Positions 35,909 to 37,047 of a stretch of DNA of 37,047 bases are shown here, one piece after another (position 1 is the first letter of the stretch; the number at the start of each line of letters is the position of its first letter). The notes under the pieces are model-generated. The model made no database searches. It had not been told where the DNA came from and saw nothing but the letters and a program-made list of their open reading frames with translations. Origin of the DNA: Octopus bimaculoides (Eukaryota); NCBI RefSeq assembly GCF_001194135.2, contig NC_068990.1, forward strand, positions 35,737,726 through 35,774,772, read 5' to 3'. The translations under genes were made by a program, and so were the position numbers.

Positions 35909-36115
35909 TATATATATATATGTATGTATATATATATGTGTGTATATACATACATACATACATATATANNNNNNNNNNNNNNNNNNNNNNNNNNNNNNNN
36001 NNNNNNNNNNNNNNNNNNNNNNNNNNNNNNNNNNNNNNNNNNNNNNNNNNNNNNNNNNNNNNNNNNNNNNNNNNNNNNNNNNNATATATATACATATATA
36101 TATATATATATACAA
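35745..36115. repeat. Degenerate (TA)/(TG)/(CA) low-complexity tract with an internal gap
   Basis: Direct reading. Confidence 0.9.
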
Positions 36116-37015
36116 ATAATAACTATGAATCAACAAACTAGTAAGGTTTTGAACATGCAGCAGACTGGTTCTTGTGCCATAAAAATCGCAGACAATATTA
36201 TTAGTATAATTCATACAAATTATGATGGATATTTTATGACTATATAACAGTTAATATGCGTAACTAAATTATGCCACTCGATATTTATCATCCACAAATG
36301 GCGCATATTTATATATCCTCTATTCAGTTTATGTCTTCGAATAAATTCTATTGTAATTTCCTTATCTCGTTGAAAATGTGATATCAAATGGTGGGGGGAT
36401 GTGGTGATGTATTTTGCAAGTCAGACTATACAATTCACACGGCTGTATAAACACACGGAAGATCACGCATTCAAATAGAATATATACATTCACATCTACA
36501 CTCATACATGCAATAATTTTCACGAACATACGCATACATAGTAAGACAGAAATATACGTATACAGATATATATATATATATATCAAACTGATATTTACAG
36601 GTAGAACATAATCAGATATTTATTTACGAGCCAAATTTCAACAAAAACACACAGACAAACGTACATATTAGACCATAACACATATAATCAAAAAAGACAC
36701 ATATATATATATATATACATACCCACTGTATCCTATCCTTTATGTTCTCATTCTAAAACCACACCGTTCGTCTACAAACATTGGCACACACAGATATTGA
36801 AATTTGAAACCAAAAGAAAAGTAATACTAATACAATTCACATTACAGAGATACACAAACAATACTAAAATACGCAGATAATTATCTCTTTCTGACACTCC
36901 TTTCCCACATTCTCTATCTCACTACTCTTACTGTGTGTATCTATGCCTATATACATATGAATACACACGCACGTACACACACACACACTCACACACGCAG
37001 ACACACACACACGAA

Positions 37016-37047
<32 letters not shown>

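Noticed and set aside
1426-36247. Long ORFs containing X runs (e.g. 4858-5853, 8130-8951, 26052-26699, 30899-31606, 32322-32762)
   Set aside because: Open only because they cross N gaps and dinucleotide repeats. The 3828-4391 ORF is the exception, for its GIY-YIG part.
1-37047. rRNA, bona fide tRNA or snRNA genes
   Set aside because: None recognised. The A/B boxes seen belong to SINEs.

Overview
AT-rich eukaryotic genomic DNA with 12 assembly gaps, most flanked by microsatellites. The repeat landscape (dense (TA)n/(CA)n/(TATC)n/(TAA)n arrays plus two tRNA-like SINE families) suggests an octopus/coleoid genome, but this is recall, not a database result. Most ORFs in the supplied track are artefacts of gaps or simple repeats. 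Well-supported content is transposon debris: a Penelope-like GIY-YIG fragment (minus, ~3.6-4.5 kb), a decayed mariner transposase (plus, ~11.0-12.0 kb), a decayed R4/Dong-clade LINE (minus, ~22.3-24.9 kb) carrying a nested SINE with a perfect 15-bp TSD, a second 3'-end-only copy of a similar LINE abutting a (TAA)n array, and further SINEs. The most interesting but unproven observation is a chain of small plus-strand exons with canonical splice sites (20868-35491). These splice in one reading frame into a hydrophobic segment, loop, pore-helix-like segment and S6-like segment resembling a voltage-gated-type channel pore module. It matches the Nav domain I pore loop (recalled) at 11/28 ungapped positions but has a non-canonical filter and needs either a 41-nt intron or exon skipping. 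A degenerate hammerhead-like core lies at ~26.8 kb. I see no clear new biological system; the channel-like gene is the best lead.
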